Part shown: one piece after another, positions 1 through 10,154 of the stretch
Layout: the number at the start of each line of letters is the position of its first letter
Numbering within the stretch: position 1 is the stretch's first letter
Assembly (NCBI GenBank): GCA_034180345.1
Contig: JAXFOQ010000040.1
Coordinates: 6,265-70,264, forward strand
DNA from: Erysipelotrichaceae bacterium
GTDB lineage: Bacteria > Bacillota_I > Bacilli_A > Erysipelotrichales > Erysipelotrichaceae
Length of the DNA stretch: 64,000 nucleotides
Reading direction: 5' to 3'
Notes under the pieces: generated by a model
What the model was told of the DNA's origin: nothing
Seen by the model: the letters and a program-made list of their open reading frames with translations, nothing else
Database searches by the model: none
Program-made: the position numbers and the translations under genes

Positions 1-18
1 TTCGTACACTGAAATGAG

Positions 19-849
19 GTGATTATCATTAATAACAGCATTTATAAATTGAATAATAAGTACTATACATTGTTGATTTTAGGTATTGTTTTGTTGAGCG
101 ATATTTTTATTGCAACAAAGTTGAATGCTTCTCATGATGCTTTAGGTTTATATGCGGCAATGAATAGAGTTAATATCAGCTATTTTCATATGATATTTAT
201 TTGTGTGTCAATTGGACTTTTACTCGCAAGAGAGTATTCACTATATCATAGTAAATATGATGAATTGATAATTAATAGAGTAGGTAATGATAATTTTTTA
301 CGAAAGAAAATACTTGGTTGTTTTACAAAGTTTTTTATATATAGATTTTTACTAGATTTTTCATTGATAGTTGTTATTCATTTTTTTATCTATAAAATAA
401 ATTTTGCCAGACCTATAACCTTTAATATTTTTAATCATTCTTTACATTCTTTTTTTTGGAAATCAGAACCGATAAGTATTTTTATGTATTTAATTTTAGC
501 TTCAATTGGAACAGGGATATTTGCGACTTTTATTTTTTTATTGATTGATTATATCAAGAATAAATATGTATATATTTGCTTACCATTGATTTTACAATTC
601 TTTTCAATATTAACTATTTTTTTGCTTTGTGGTTTATTATCTACGATTACAGGTTTAAGGATTGGTGCTGGCTTTAATCATTATATAACCTATCTTAGTT
701 ATTTCTATGCTCCTGTAGCTATACTTTTTCCTGGAATGATGTTTGAAAATTTAGTAGTTTTTAATTCGATATTCTCTAATTTATTTTATTTAATTGTGAT
801 ATTTATATTGTATAAATCGGTCTTAAACAAAAGGAAAAGGTATGGTTAA
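19..849 (+). CDS. polytopic membrane protein, possible ABC-2-type permease partner
   Basis: ORF track. Many hydrophobic segments and no motif I recognise. Its stop overlaps the next ORF start (842/849). First gene of a 4-ORF AT-rich unit containing an ABC ATPase. The GTG at 19 sits inside a GAGGTG SD-like string, so the exact start is uncertain. Confidence 0.45.
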   Translation: MIIINNSIYKLNNKYYTLLILGIVLLSDIFIATKLNASHDALGLYAAMNRVNISYFHMIFICVSIGLLLAREYSLYHSKYDELIINRVGNDNFLRKKILGCFTKFFIYRFLLDFSLIVVIHFFIYKINFARPITFNIFNHSLHSFFWKSEPISIFMYLILASIGTGIFATFIFLLIDYIKNKYVYICLPLILQFFSILTIFLLCGLLSTITGLRIGAGFNHYITYLSYFYAPVAILFPGMMFENLVVFNSIFSNLFYLIVIFILYKSVLNKRKRYG

Positions 850-1369
850 GACATTTTTTAAATTATTAAACAGTAAATATTTCTTTATTTATTTGTTAAG
901 TTTACTTCCTTTATTCTATTTTAGGTATTTTGGTGGTGGACAAGAATTGACTCTTGAAATTTGGTTTTTAAATGTTGGAGTACTAAAATTATTTGTAGTA
1001 CCAGCATATTTACTTTATTTGGTATTTAGAACAAGAAAAATTAAATCATTGATAAATTATATCTTGCCAAGATTTAAAGGGAAATTTATTGATTTTTTGA
1101 TTAAGTTATCATTTATAGAAATTATTATATATTTTGTTTGCACATACTTTATATTGATTGTGTTGAATTTTGATTTTATTAATCGGATGGATATTCTAAT
1201 TATTTATCTTTTATTTATTTTGGTATATATGATTATGAGTGTTATGATTATTAATATTACAATATTCACTAATAAAAAAATAACGATAGTTTTGACTGTG
1301 GTACCATTTGTACTTAATTTTTTAATTTCGTATTTTATTTTATCGTATGTAGAAAAACTATTTTCTTAG
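842..1369 (+). CDS. small polytopic membrane protein (unknown family)
   Basis: ORF track. About 5 hydrophobic segments. Overlaps the upstream ORF by 8 nt, which suggests translational coupling. Confidence 0.45.
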   Translation: MVKTFFKLLNSKYFFIYLLSLLPLFYFRYFGGGQELTLEIWFLNVGVLKLFVVPAYLLYLVFRTRKIKSLINYILPRFKGKFIDFLIKLSFIEIIIYFVCTYFILIVLNFDFINRMDILIIYLLFILVYMIMSVMIINITIFTNKKITIVLTVVPFVLNFLISYFILSYVEKLFS

Positions 1370-1382
1370 AAGGGAGAAATGT

Positions 1383-2003
1383 ATGAGTGATGTTTTGGTG
1401 GAAATCAGGAATTTAAGCAAAAAGTTTAAAAATAAGCATATTTTAAATGGTTTGAATTTAATTATTAACGAGGGAGAACATATTCTTATTGAAGGCAAAA
1501 ACGCTTGTGGGAAATCTACATTATTAAAAATTATTGCCAATATTTATGAAAAAACATCAGGTGAAATTATTTGTTATAAGAAATTTAAAATAGGAGCTTT
1601 TATCGAAAATCCTTCATTTATTGAAAATGAAACAGCCTTATATAATATGAAATTTCTTATTGAGTTAACTGATAAATTTAATATTGAGAAGATCAGACCT
1701 TATTTTGAATTGCTGGAATTGGATATTGATAATAAAGATACTGTTAATAAATATAGTGTCGGTATGCGACAAAAACTGGGAATTATTCAGGCTGTGATGG
1801 AAGATCAAGATTTAATATTATTCGATGAACCGACAAGAGGACTTGATAAAGATAGTGTTGAAAAATTTTATAGTTTAATAAAAATGCTGAAAGCACAAAA
1901 CAGAACCTGTATTATTGTGGCTCATGATGGTGTTTCTGGTATTGATTTTGATAAGAGCTATGTGATTGAAGATGGAAAATGTAAAGAAAAAATGGCTGTT
2001 TAA
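1383..2003 (+). CDS. ABC transporter ATP-binding protein (short, 206 aa)
   Basis: Walker A GKNACGKST, ABC signature SVGMRQKL, Walker B LILFDEPTRGLD, H-loop IIVAHD. A GGGAGA SD precedes the ATG. Confidence 0.85.
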   Translation: MSDVLVEIRNLSKKFKNKHILNGLNLIINEGEHILIEGKNACGKSTLLKIIANIYEKTSGEIICYKKFKIGAFIENPSFIENETALYNMKFLIELTDKFNIEKIRPYFELLELDIDNKDTVNKYSVGMRQKLGIIQAVMEDQDLILFDEPTRGLDKDSVEKFYSLIKMLKAQNRTCIIVAHDGVSGIDFDKSYVIEDGKCKEKMAV

Positions 2004-2463
2004 ATACCGTGCAATATTGTTGGACTTGGTTGTGTGTCTTGTTTCAAGTCTTGTTTCAAATAATGAAGCAACTAAAATAATTTATAAATTATCTAACTCT
2101 TCTTTAATGCTTTTTTTGGCAATTATTCATTCTTTGGCATATTGTTTATTTTTTATGGATAATAATTATTATTATTTTTTGATGAAGGAAGCTGTTGTTG
2201 TTAGAATTGGTAAAAATAAATTTAATAAATTATTGATATTAAAATCAATTAAATTAACGGTTTTATTATTGGTTTTTCAGTTGTTAATAAATATTTTGTG
2301 TTTTGGTGATTTGCTGATAGCAGAAACATTAATTATTGTGTTTTTATCATTACCATTATTTATGATTTCAATAATCATTAAAAAGAATTTTAATATTGAA
2401 GAAAATCATATTATTATAGTTCTATTAATTTTAATGACCATTGGTAAAGGTCTGATAAAATAA
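1966..2463 (+). CDS. small polytopic membrane protein (unknown family)
   Basis: ORF track. About 4 hydrophobic segments. Overlaps the end of the ATPase gene; the start could be any of several in-frame ATGs between 1966 and 1991. Confidence 0.4.
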   Translation: MKMENVKKKWLFKYRAILLDLVVCLVSSLVSNNEATKIIYKLSNSSLMLFLAIIHSLAYCLFFMDNNYYYFLMKEAVVVRIGKNKFNKLLILKSIKLTVLLLVFQLLINILCFGDLLIAETLIIVFLSLPLFMISIIIKKNFNIEENHIIIVLLILMTIGKGLIK

Positions 2464-2484
2464 TAATTTAAAATAAGATATTTG

Positions 2485-2808
2485 TTAAAATTTAAGATAT
2501 TTTTCAATATCAAGCACAAAGACTACGGCACCACCAGCTTTAACACTGATTGGAAATGCTGCAAGTCTGCCGATGTCATATGAGGTGCTTGATGGTACAA
2601 TTTCAGTTCGACTCTTAGATTCTACCCCGATTATCTCAATGGCTTTATCGACTAAATTATCTTCACAACCAACAATTATCGTGGTATTACCTGTCTTTAA
2701 AAAACCACCTGTTGAAGCAATTTTAGTAATTTGAAAATTAGCGTCTGTCAGAGCATTTGCGACACTGCCAGCATCATCATTTGATACGACTGCAAGAATT
2801 AGTTTCAT
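2485..2808 (-). CDS. darA: PII-like cyclic-di-AMP receptor (DarA/PstA/YaaQ family)
   Basis: MKLILAVV..FQITKIASTGGFLKTGNTTIIVG..GGAVVFVLDIEKY aligns by eye along its length with B. subtilis YaaQ/DarA. A GGAGG lies 8 nt upstream of the ATG at 2808, so I trim the track start at 2823. Confidence 0.8.
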   Translation of the reverse strand: MKLILAVVSNDDAGSVANALTDANFQITKIASTGGFLKTGNTTIIVGCEDNLVDKAIEIIGVESKSRTEIVPSSTSYDIGRLAAFPISVKAGGAVVFVLDIEKYLKF

Positions 2809-2865
2809 AATATCCGCCTCCATCTATATTATACCTAATTATTAATGAAATGATGTATAATTATT

Positions 2866-3729
2866 GTGATTATGAGAATATTTAAAGAATACTTATATGT
2901 AATTATTTCAAGTTTTATTTTAGCGGTGGCGACAATATATTTAATTCTACCAAATAAGTTGGTATGTGGAGGAATGAGTGGTTTAACGCTGATTGCTTAT
3001 CATTTTTTAAAAATTAATGAGGCGATTATTATCACTGTTCTTACAGGGGGTCTTTTTATTGTCGGATGGTTATTTATGGGCAATGATTTTGCGAAAAAGA
3101 CATTATTGAGCAGTGTTGCCTATCCCATTTTTACATATTTATTGATGAAGTTGAATATTACTGTGCAGATCGATCCTTTGTTGGCGGGGATATATGCTGG
3201 AATATTAAGTGGTTTTGCGATTGGTCTTACGATGAGTGTCAATGGCAGTACTGGAGGTATGGATATTCCACCACTGATATTGAGTAAACTTACTGGCATC
3301 AATGTTGCGACATTGGTGTTGTTTACTGATGGTAGTATTGTGCTTATCGGAGCGGTTATTTATGGTCTAACTCCAACACTTATCGGTATTATTGTTTTAT
3401 TGTTGACATCATATACCTTGAATAAAACTTTGACTTTTGGAACTTTTCAAAGTAAGAAGGTTGAAATTATTTCAGATAAATATCTCGAATTAAATGAGGC
3501 TTTAAATCATAGTTTGGATTATGGGACAACAATTAGTGATGTGGCAGGTGGATATTCTAAACAACATAAGAAGATGATTACCTGCGTTATTCATAATAAG
3601 TCTTATCAAAAGGTTATTGATTTAATTGGTCGTTATGATGAAAAAGCGTTTGTAGTTGTGAGTGATGCCTATGAGGTCAAGGGTGAGGGTTTTAGTTATG
3701 CTAAACGCCTTGTTCACTTGAAAAAATAA
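2866..3729 (+). CDS. YitT-family membrane protein with C-terminal DUF2179-like domain
   Basis: N-terminal multi-TM region with GGMSGL and GGMDI motifs, plus a soluble C-terminal ~80 aa (GGYSKQHKKMITCVI..VVVSDAYEVKGEGF) typical of YitT/YpjC proteins. Confidence 0.75.
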   Translation: MIMRIFKEYLYVIISSFILAVATIYLILPNKLVCGGMSGLTLIAYHFLKINEAIIITVLTGGLFIVGWLFMGNDFAKKTLLSSVAYPIFTYLLMKLNITVQIDPLLAGIYAGILSGFAIGLTMSVNGSTGGMDIPPLILSKLTGINVATLVLFTDGSIVLIGAVIYGLTPTLIGIIVLLLTSYTLNKTLTFGTFQSKKVEIISDKYLELNEALNHSLDYGTTISDVAGGYSKQHKKMITCVIHNKSYQKVIDLIGRYDEKAFVVVSDAYEVKGEGFSYAKRLVHLKK

Positions 3730-3753
3730 GCCTTAAAGGATAAAATTAATATT

Positions 3754-4437
3754 ATGATAAAAATAGAAAATGTCTTTAAAATATATAAAAATGGTACCCG
3801 TGCACTTAACAATGTCAATTTGAATATTGAGGCTGGTGAGTTTGTATATATTATGGGCTCAACAGGCTCTGGTAAATCAACATTGATTAAATTGTTAGAT
3901 GGTGAGGAAATTCCTAGTGGGGGTTTGGTCGAAGTTGGTGGTGTTAATGTTGGCAAGTTAAAACATCGCAAGGTTCCTTTATATAGACGCAATATCGGTG
4001 TTGTTTTTCAAGATTATCGCTTATTGCCAAAGAAGACAGTTTTTGAAAATATTGCCTTTGCCATGCAGGTTTGTGATGCTAAGGATGCTGATATTAGAAA
4101 AAGGGTTCGTAAGGTTATGAAATTGGTTGAATTAAAGGAAAAATCAACTTGTTTTCCTAATGAACTATCTGGTGGTCAACAACAACGCGTGGCGATTGCT
4201 CGTGCGATTGCCAACCGTCCGAAGATCTTAATTGCCGATGAACCAACTGGTAACCTAGATCCTAAGATGAGCGATGATATTATTAAATTATTTGAACGCA
4301 TTAATAAAGAAGAAAATACGACAATTTTGATTGTAACCCATGACAGTGTGATTGTTAAAGAACATCCTAAGCGAACCATTGTCTTAGATAGTGGACATAT
4401 TGTGGGTGATATGAATGGTGGTGTACCGAATGTTTAG
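3754..4437 (+). CDS. ftsE: cell-division ABC ATPase FtsE
   Basis: Walker A GSTGSGKST, signature LSGGQQQRVAIARA, Walker B LIADEPTGNLD. Followed by ftsX with an overlap. Confidence 0.88.
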   Translation: MIKIENVFKIYKNGTRALNNVNLNIEAGEFVYIMGSTGSGKSTLIKLLDGEEIPSGGLVEVGGVNVGKLKHRKVPLYRRNIGVVFQDYRLLPKKTVFENIAFAMQVCDAKDADIRKRVRKVMKLVELKEKSTCFPNELSGGQQQRVAIARAIANRPKILIADEPTGNLDPKMSDDIIKLFERINKEENTTILIVTHDSVIVKEHPKRTIVLDSGHIVGDMNGGVPNV

Positions 4438-5332
4438 GAGATTTTTTAGACATATTAATGAAGGGCTGCAGGGGGTTATTCGCCACTTTGCGATGAGTAT
4501 TTCCAGTGCCACGGCTGTTACAGTTACCCTTATTTTGATTATTGTTTTTTTGGTTTTTACTTCTAATCTTCAAGAGATTACTAAGAATATTGAAAATTCA
4601 ATCAATATTACTGCTACGGTAAAGTTTGAAGCTGAGGGTAAAAACAATATTCAACGCATTGAAAATGACCTTAAAAGAATTGCAGGTGTTAAAGAAGTTA
4701 AATACCATACCAAACAACAAGAGTATGAATATTTTTTAAGCAATTACCAAAATGAACAAAAGGCGCTATTTGAATCATATAGTGGTGAAAATCCTTTTAA
4801 AGATGCCTTTCTGATTGAAATTTACGATGGCAAACAAATTGATATCATCAACAATAAGATTAAACAAATTGATGGCATTTTCAGTAGTGAATATGGTGGT
4901 CTTTCATCACAAAGACTAATTGAATTACTCGATAATGTGCGTGTTGGTGGTTTGGTGTTAGTTATATCACTGTGTTTACTAGCGATATATCTTGTTTATA
5001 ACACTATTAAAATTACTATTTCAGCTCGTGCTGATGAAATTTGGATTATGCGTAATGTCGGTGCTAAAAATGGCTATGTTCGAGCGCCCTTTCTTGTGGA
5101 AGGTATTGTTATTGGGATGATGGGAGCTATTATTCCAATGGCGCTTGGTACCTTTGGCTATGCCTATATTTATCGTGTTACTGGTGGCTATATTGGGGCT
5201 AAGATATTACCGTTAATTGAACCTTATCCATATATTTTATATATTGCAGCCATTGCCCTGGGTATTGGTGTTGTGGTTGGTTTTATAGGTTCGTATTGGA
5301 GTGTATGTAAGTACTTGAGGATTAAACGATGA
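4430..5332 (+). CDS. ftsX: cell-division permease-like protein FtsX
   Basis: MFRRFFRHINEGLQG.. N-terminus, a large extracellular loop, then 3 C-terminal TM segments, which is the FtsX topology. The ATG at 4430 overlaps the ftsE stop. Confidence 0.82.
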   Translation: MFRRFFRHINEGLQGVIRHFAMSISSATAVTVTLILIIVFLVFTSNLQEITKNIENSINITATVKFEAEGKNNIQRIENDLKRIAGVKEVKYHTKQQEYEYFLSNYQNEQKALFESYSGENPFKDAFLIEIYDGKQIDIINNKIKQIDGIFSSEYGGLSSQRLIELLDNVRVGGLVLVISLCLLAIYLVYNTIKITISARADEIWIMRNVGAKNGYVRAPFLVEGIVIGMMGAIIPMALGTFGYAYIYRVTGGYIGAKILPLIEPYPYILYIAAIALGIGVVVGFIGSYWSVCKYLRIKR

Positions 5333-6693
5333 AAAAAACAATTAATCTTGTTGTAGTTATTCTTTTGTGTTTTTTATGCTTCGGTATTAAAGAAACTAAA
5401 ACTATTAGAGCCAATGTGTCAATTGAAGACTGTGTCGGTGATGTTTCGCCTGAAAATCGGGATGAGTGTTTAGCCCTGCAAGAAAAACTTAAGGCGGATA
5501 ATGAAAAGACGAAACAAGCGCTTGCTGAAGCTGCTAAAGATATTAAAGAGGCAATTAAAAAAGCTCATGAGATCCAAGAGAAGATTAATGAGATTCAAAA
5601 GGATGTTGATGATTTAAATATTAAGATTAGTGCTTTGGAATCTTCGATTGAGGTACTTACTAAAAATATTAAGGTTAATGAAAAAGATATTAATAATATT
5701 CGTAAAAAGATTTTAGATCGGATGGCTTCAATGCAGACGGTTATGCACTATAATCCGATGGTTGATTTTATTATGGGGGCAACATCATTTGAAGATTTAA
5801 TTCGCCGAACTATCGGTATTAAACAAATTAATGAATATGATGAAAAGGTTAAAACGGACTTGGCAATTAAGGTCAAGACTTTAAACGAGGAAAAGACTAA
5901 GCTTAAAGTGGCTAAAGAAGATATTGTTAAGTCTAAAAATATTTTGGTCTATAAACAAGATGAATTGGTAATACAAAAAGATTACTATGAAATTTTAAAA
6001 GTGGAATTATTAAAAAAACAAGAAGATTTAAGACTTGAATATAGTCAGGTTGCTAGTAACATCGGTGCTATTAAAGAGGGCATCGCCAATATTAAAACCG
6101 ATAATATCACAACCTCAGATGGTTGGACGGTCCCTGTGAATGGTGATTATTGGATTAGTGCTGGCACTTGGGAGTATCCGGGTGGTGGACGCCATTTAGG
6201 CATTGATTTTGCAGGGGATGTCGGTACTGATATTATCGCTCCTGCCAATGGGGTGGTAGTACAAACCTATGATGGTTGTCCTACATATGGTGGTCTTGGT
6301 GATTATTGTGGTGAATTGGCAGGATTGGGTAATCAGGTAAGATTGGTTGTAGTAGTAAATTCTAAGCTATATGGTGTTACGATCGGACATATGCAAAATG
6401 GTAGTGTTACAGCCAATTATCAACAGGTTAATGCTGGTGCGTATCTAGGAAAAATGGGTTCTAGTGGTTCATCAAGTGGACCTCATGCCCATGTGGAAAT
6501 TGTTTATCTAGGCGAAGAAAGCTATTGGAAGAATCAAGGTTCAGGTACGGCGATTGCCAATTATGTAAATGCTTGGAGCGGTGATTTAAGTTTTGATGCC
6601 GCCAGAGAAGAAGATGCATATATGCAATCTGCTTGTGAAAATCATAGTGGCCACCCATGTAGAATAAGACCAGAAACAATATTTGGAGGCTAA
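5329..6693 (+). CDS. secreted coiled-coil M23 (LytM) metallopeptidase, putative FtsEX-coupled murein hydrolase
   Basis: Signal peptide, a ~230 aa heptad-rich region, and an M23 domain with intact HxxxD (HLGIDF) and HxH (HAHVE). ATGA overlap with ftsX. Confidence 0.8.
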   Translation: MKKTINLVVVILLCFLCFGIKETKTIRANVSIEDCVGDVSPENRDECLALQEKLKADNEKTKQALAEAAKDIKEAIKKAHEIQEKINEIQKDVDDLNIKISALESSIEVLTKNIKVNEKDINNIRKKILDRMASMQTVMHYNPMVDFIMGATSFEDLIRRTIGIKQINEYDEKVKTDLAIKVKTLNEEKTKLKVAKEDIVKSKNILVYKQDELVIQKDYYEILKVELLKKQEDLRLEYSQVASNIGAIKEGIANIKTDNITTSDGWTVPVNGDYWISAGTWEYPGGGRHLGIDFAGDVGTDIIAPANGVVVQTYDGCPTYGGLGDYCGELAGLGNQVRLVVVVNSKLYGVTIGHMQNGSVTANYQQVNAGAYLGKMGSSGSSSGPHAHVEIVYLGEESYWKNQGSGTAIANYVNAWSGDLSFDAAREEDAYMQSACENHSGHPCRIRPETIFGG

Positions 6694-6697
6694 GTAT

Positions 6698-8191
6698 ATG
6701 GAAGAAAATCAAGAAAAACATCAAGATACGACGATTATTAAACTTAATAAAGTTTTACTTAAGAGTGAAAGAGAAGAATTGAATAGGAAACGCAAGACAA
6801 AGGCATTCTTTGTCTTATCTTTTCTTGTGGTTTTTGCGATTGGAGTCGTGGCTGGCTTTGGACTTAATAATAAAAAGATTGCCAATATCAATAGTAATAC
6901 TCAAGACGAAATAATAGAGGCTTTAAATGGTTATTGGTTATATGGTGATCATTATGAAGATTTATCAACAGTTTTAAAAGATAAGGCTTTAAAAGGAATG
7001 ACAACTTTTGCTGACGATCCTTATACGACATATTTCTCTAAGGAAGAAGCCTTAGAATTTAACCAAAATGTTTCAATGAATATTACGGGTATTGGTGTTG
7101 GACTTAATGAGGATGTCAATAAAGATGTCTTTATAACTAAGGTATATGATAAATCACCAGCTAAAAAAGCAGGACTTATTGCAGGGGATATTTTTTATGC
7201 GGTTAATGATCAAAAAGTAGCTGGTATTGGTATTAAAGCCTTAAAGGACTTGGTAATTGGTAGTGAAAATACCACAGTTGAAATTAAGGTTAAGCGTAAT
7301 GAAACTATTAAGTCATTTTCAATCAAACGCGAAAAGATTGATTTTTCAGCCTTTGGTGAAAAAAGAGGAAATTATTATTACTTAAATATTAATTCTTTTG
7401 GTGAAGAAACTGATCTTCGAGTTAGCGAATATCTTAATGATATGAAAAATGAGGGCTTAAGTAACTTAATTATTGATTTAAGAGATAATGGTGGCGGCTA
7501 TTTAACGGCAGTTACTAAGATTCTTGGTTTATTTTTAGATCGGGATGCGACCTGCTTAATTGAAGAATATAAGGATGGAAGCCAAAAAGTCGATAAGGTT
7601 CAAGGAAGTAAAATGAATCACATTAAAAAGATTGTTCTACTTCAAAATCAAAGCAGTGCCAGTGCTTCAGAAGTATTTATTATGGCTCTTAGAGAACAAT
7701 TTCCTAATCTTACTACTGTTGGAACGACAACCTATGGTAAGGGGGTCATTCAGGGTCAATATGAATTAAGTGATGGTAGTGTTTTAAAGCTTACAACATC
7801 TAAATGGCTATCTAGTAAGGGTGTTTGGATTAACGGCAAGGGTATTAATCCTGATCATCAAGTTAATCGACCACTATTCTTTGACTTTGAATTTAAAGCG
7901 ATGAATGATGATGAGAGCTTAAAACTGGGTGATAGTGATAATCGTATTGGCAGTATTCGTCTAGGTTTGGAATTTTTAGGTTATCATACCGAAGCTTATG
8001 GAACATATTTTGATGAAAGTCTGGTACAGGCAATTAAGAATTATGAAGGTGATAATAACTTAGAAACAACAGGGATAATTAGTCGTAAGCTCCAACAAAA
8101 TATTGTTACTAGTGCTAATCGTTTATACAATAACGACTATCAAAATCATGATCCTCAGATGAAAAAGGCAATTAAATTAATTAATGAATAA
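6698..8191 (+). CDS. S41 carboxy-terminal processing protease with PDZ and C-terminal peptidoglycan-binding-like domain
   Basis: TM anchor, PDZ domain (GIGVGL..SPAKKAGLIAGD), S41 core (DLRDNGGGYL, SASASEVF, TYGKG), and a C-terminal PG_binding_1-like segment. GGAGG lies 7 nt before the ATG at 6698. Confidence 0.85.
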   Translation: MEENQEKHQDTTIIKLNKVLLKSEREELNRKRKTKAFFVLSFLVVFAIGVVAGFGLNNKKIANINSNTQDEIIEALNGYWLYGDHYEDLSTVLKDKALKGMTTFADDPYTTYFSKEEALEFNQNVSMNITGIGVGLNEDVNKDVFITKVYDKSPAKKAGLIAGDIFYAVNDQKVAGIGIKALKDLVIGSENTTVEIKVKRNETIKSFSIKREKIDFSAFGEKRGNYYYLNINSFGEETDLRVSEYLNDMKNEGLSNLIIDLRDNGGGYLTAVTKILGLFLDRDATCLIEEYKDGSQKVDKVQGSKMNHIKKIVLLQNQSSASASEVFIMALREQFPNLTTVGTTTYGKGVIQGQYELSDGSVLKLTTSKWLSSKGVWINGKGINPDHQVNRPLFFDFEFKAMNDDESLKLGDSDNRIGSIRLGLEFLGYHTEAYGTYFDESLVQAIKNYEGDNNLETTGIISRKLQQNIVTSANRLYNNDYQNHDPQMKKAIKLINE

Positions 8192-10154
8192 AAAGTTTGA
8201 ATTAGTAAGTGATTATGAATTAAAGGGTGATCAAATCAAGGCTGTTGATTCTTTAGTCGAGGGCTTGAACAATCATCAAAAACATCAGGTTTTACTTGGG
8301 GTTACTGGCTCAGGTAAGACTTTTACTATTGCCAATGTCATTGCCAGAGTTAATAAGCCAACCATTGTCTTTGCCCACAACAAAACTCTTGCGGGTCAAT
8401 TGTATAGTGAATTTAAAGCACTGTTTCCTCATAACCGTGTAGAATACTTCGTATCTAATTTTGACTATTACCAACCAGAGGCGTATATGCCTAAAACAGA
8501 TACTTATATTGAAAAAACCGCTGATACCAATAAAGAATTGGATATGCTTAGAATGAGTACCTATAATTCAATGTTGGAACACTCAGATACGATAGTAGTT
8601 GCCAGTGTGGCCTGTATTTATGCTTCAAGTGATCCCGATAGTTATCGAGGAATGTTTTTTACGCTTAAAGTCGGTGAAGCCTTCGATCGGCAATCATTGA
8701 TTAAAAAATTAGTTTCTTTACAATATAAACGAAACAATACCGAACATATCCGCGGAACTTTCAGCGTTATTGGTGATAGTGTTGAAATAACCCCAGGACA
8801 TACTGAAGAATATTTGGTTAGAGTTGAATATTTTGATGATGAGATTGAACGAATTGTAGAAATTGACCCTTTATCTAAAAAAGTATTAAGAGGCTTTACT
8901 CTGTATAATTTCTTTCCTGCTGAGGCCTATGCCCGCGATATTGACGATATTCATAGTGCCTGTGAAAACATTGAAAAAGAATTAGAACAGCGCCTGCAAC
9001 ATTTCAAAGCCAAAAATCAAGCATTGGAATATGAACGCCTAGAACAACGAACCCGATATGATTTAGAAAGCTTGAGAGAATTTGGCTATTGCAGTGGTAT
9101 AGAAAATTATTCAATGCATATTGATAAGCGCAAACATGGTCAAAGACCATTTAATTTATTTGATTATTTTAAAGATGATTTTTTATTGGTTATTGATGAA
9201 AGCCATGTGTCATTGCCGCAGATTAGAGGGATGTTTAATGGCGACCGCGCTCGTAAACAAACATTGGTGGACTATGGTTTTAGATTGCCTAGTGCCTTGG
9301 ATAATCGTCCGATGACCTTTGAGGAATTTGTGGATATTGATTGTGATCGAATATATATCAGCGCCACCCCTGGCGACTATGAATTGGAGTTGGTTAATCA
9401 TCAGGTTATCGAGCAGATTATTAGACCTACGGGATTGGTGGATCCGAAATTAGAGGTTCGTAAGAGTTATGGTCAAATTGATGATTTATTGGAAGAAATT
9501 CATAAACAAATCACTAAAAATGAACGGACTTTAATCACTACTTTAACGGTTAAAATGGCTGAAGATTTAACGGCATTTTTGGTTAAACAGGGTATTAAGG
9601 TGGCTTATTTACATCATGAAACAAAGACTCTTGAACGAATCGAAACTATTTTAGATTTACGCAAGGGTAAAATTGATGTTTTAGTTGGCATTAATTTACT
9701 TCGTGAGGGTTTAGATTTACCTGAGGTTAGTTTAGTAGCTATTATCAATGCTGATAGTGAAGGCTTTTTAAGAAGTTATCGTTCACTTATTCAAACTATT
9801 GGTCGGGCTGCTAGAAACAGTGAAGGTAGGGTTATCATGTATGCTGATAATATTACTGATTCAATGAGGAAGGCCATTGATGAAACCAATCGTCGTCGAG
9901 AAATTCAAATTAAATATAATATTGAACACAACATCACTCCTAAGACGATTATTAAGACTATTAGTGAACCGATTCACGGCAAAGAAACCAAGAGGATGGC
10001 ACTTAAATATCAACATCGTAAAAAGAAAAATGCGGTCGATCAAAAACAATTTATTGAGAATTTAAGAATCGAGATGTGTGAAGCTGCCAAAGCATTAAAT
10101 TTTGAAAGAGCGATGGAATTAAGGGATGTTATTATGGAGATAGAAAATGAATAA
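8184..10154 (+). CDS. uvrB: excinuclease ABC subunit B
   Basis: GVTGSGKTFT Walker A, YYQPEAY beta-hairpin region, DESH box, and a C-terminal UVR motif (AAKALNFERAMELRD). Confidence 0.96.
   Translation: MNKKFELVSDYELKGDQIKAVDSLVEGLNNHQKHQVLLGVTGSGKTFTIANVIARVNKPTIVFAHNKTLAGQLYSEFKALFPHNRVEYFVSNFDYYQPEAYMPKTDTYIEKTADTNKELDMLRMSTYNSMLEHSDTIVVASVACIYASSDPDSYRGMFFTLKVGEAFDRQSLIKKLVSLQYKRNNTEHIRGTFSVIGDSVEITPGHTEEYLVRVEYFDDEIERIVEIDPLSKKVLRGFTLYNFFPAEAYARDIDDIHSACENIEKELEQRLQHFKAKNQALEYERLEQRTRYDLESLREFGYCSGIENYSMHIDKRKHGQRPFNLFDYFKDDFLLVIDESHVSLPQIRGMFNGDRARKQTLVDYGFRLPSALDNRPMTFEEFVDIDCDRIYISATPGDYELELVNHQVIEQIIRPTGLVDPKLEVRKSYGQIDDLLEEIHKQITKNERTLITTLTVKMAEDLTAFLVKQGIKVAYLHHETKTLERIETILDLRKGKIDVLVGINLLREGLDLPEVSLVAIINADSEGFLRSYRSLIQTIGRAARNSEGRVIMYADNITDSMRKAIDETNRRREIQIKYNIEHNITPKTIIKTISEPIHGKETKRMALKYQHRKKKNAVDQKQFIENLRIEMCEAAKALNFERAMELRDVIMEIENE

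Noticed and set aside
3714-4573. Antisense ORFs inside ftsE and ftsX (3714..3992, 4176..4379, 4367..4573), and similar short antisense or alternate-frame ORFs throughout the track (for example inside uvrB, pepO, cas9, gnd and the Opu genes)
   Set aside because: Each lies wholly within a longer ORF with clear family motifs, has no SD, and has biased low-complexity composition. These are the usual shadow ORFs of AT-rich coding DNA.
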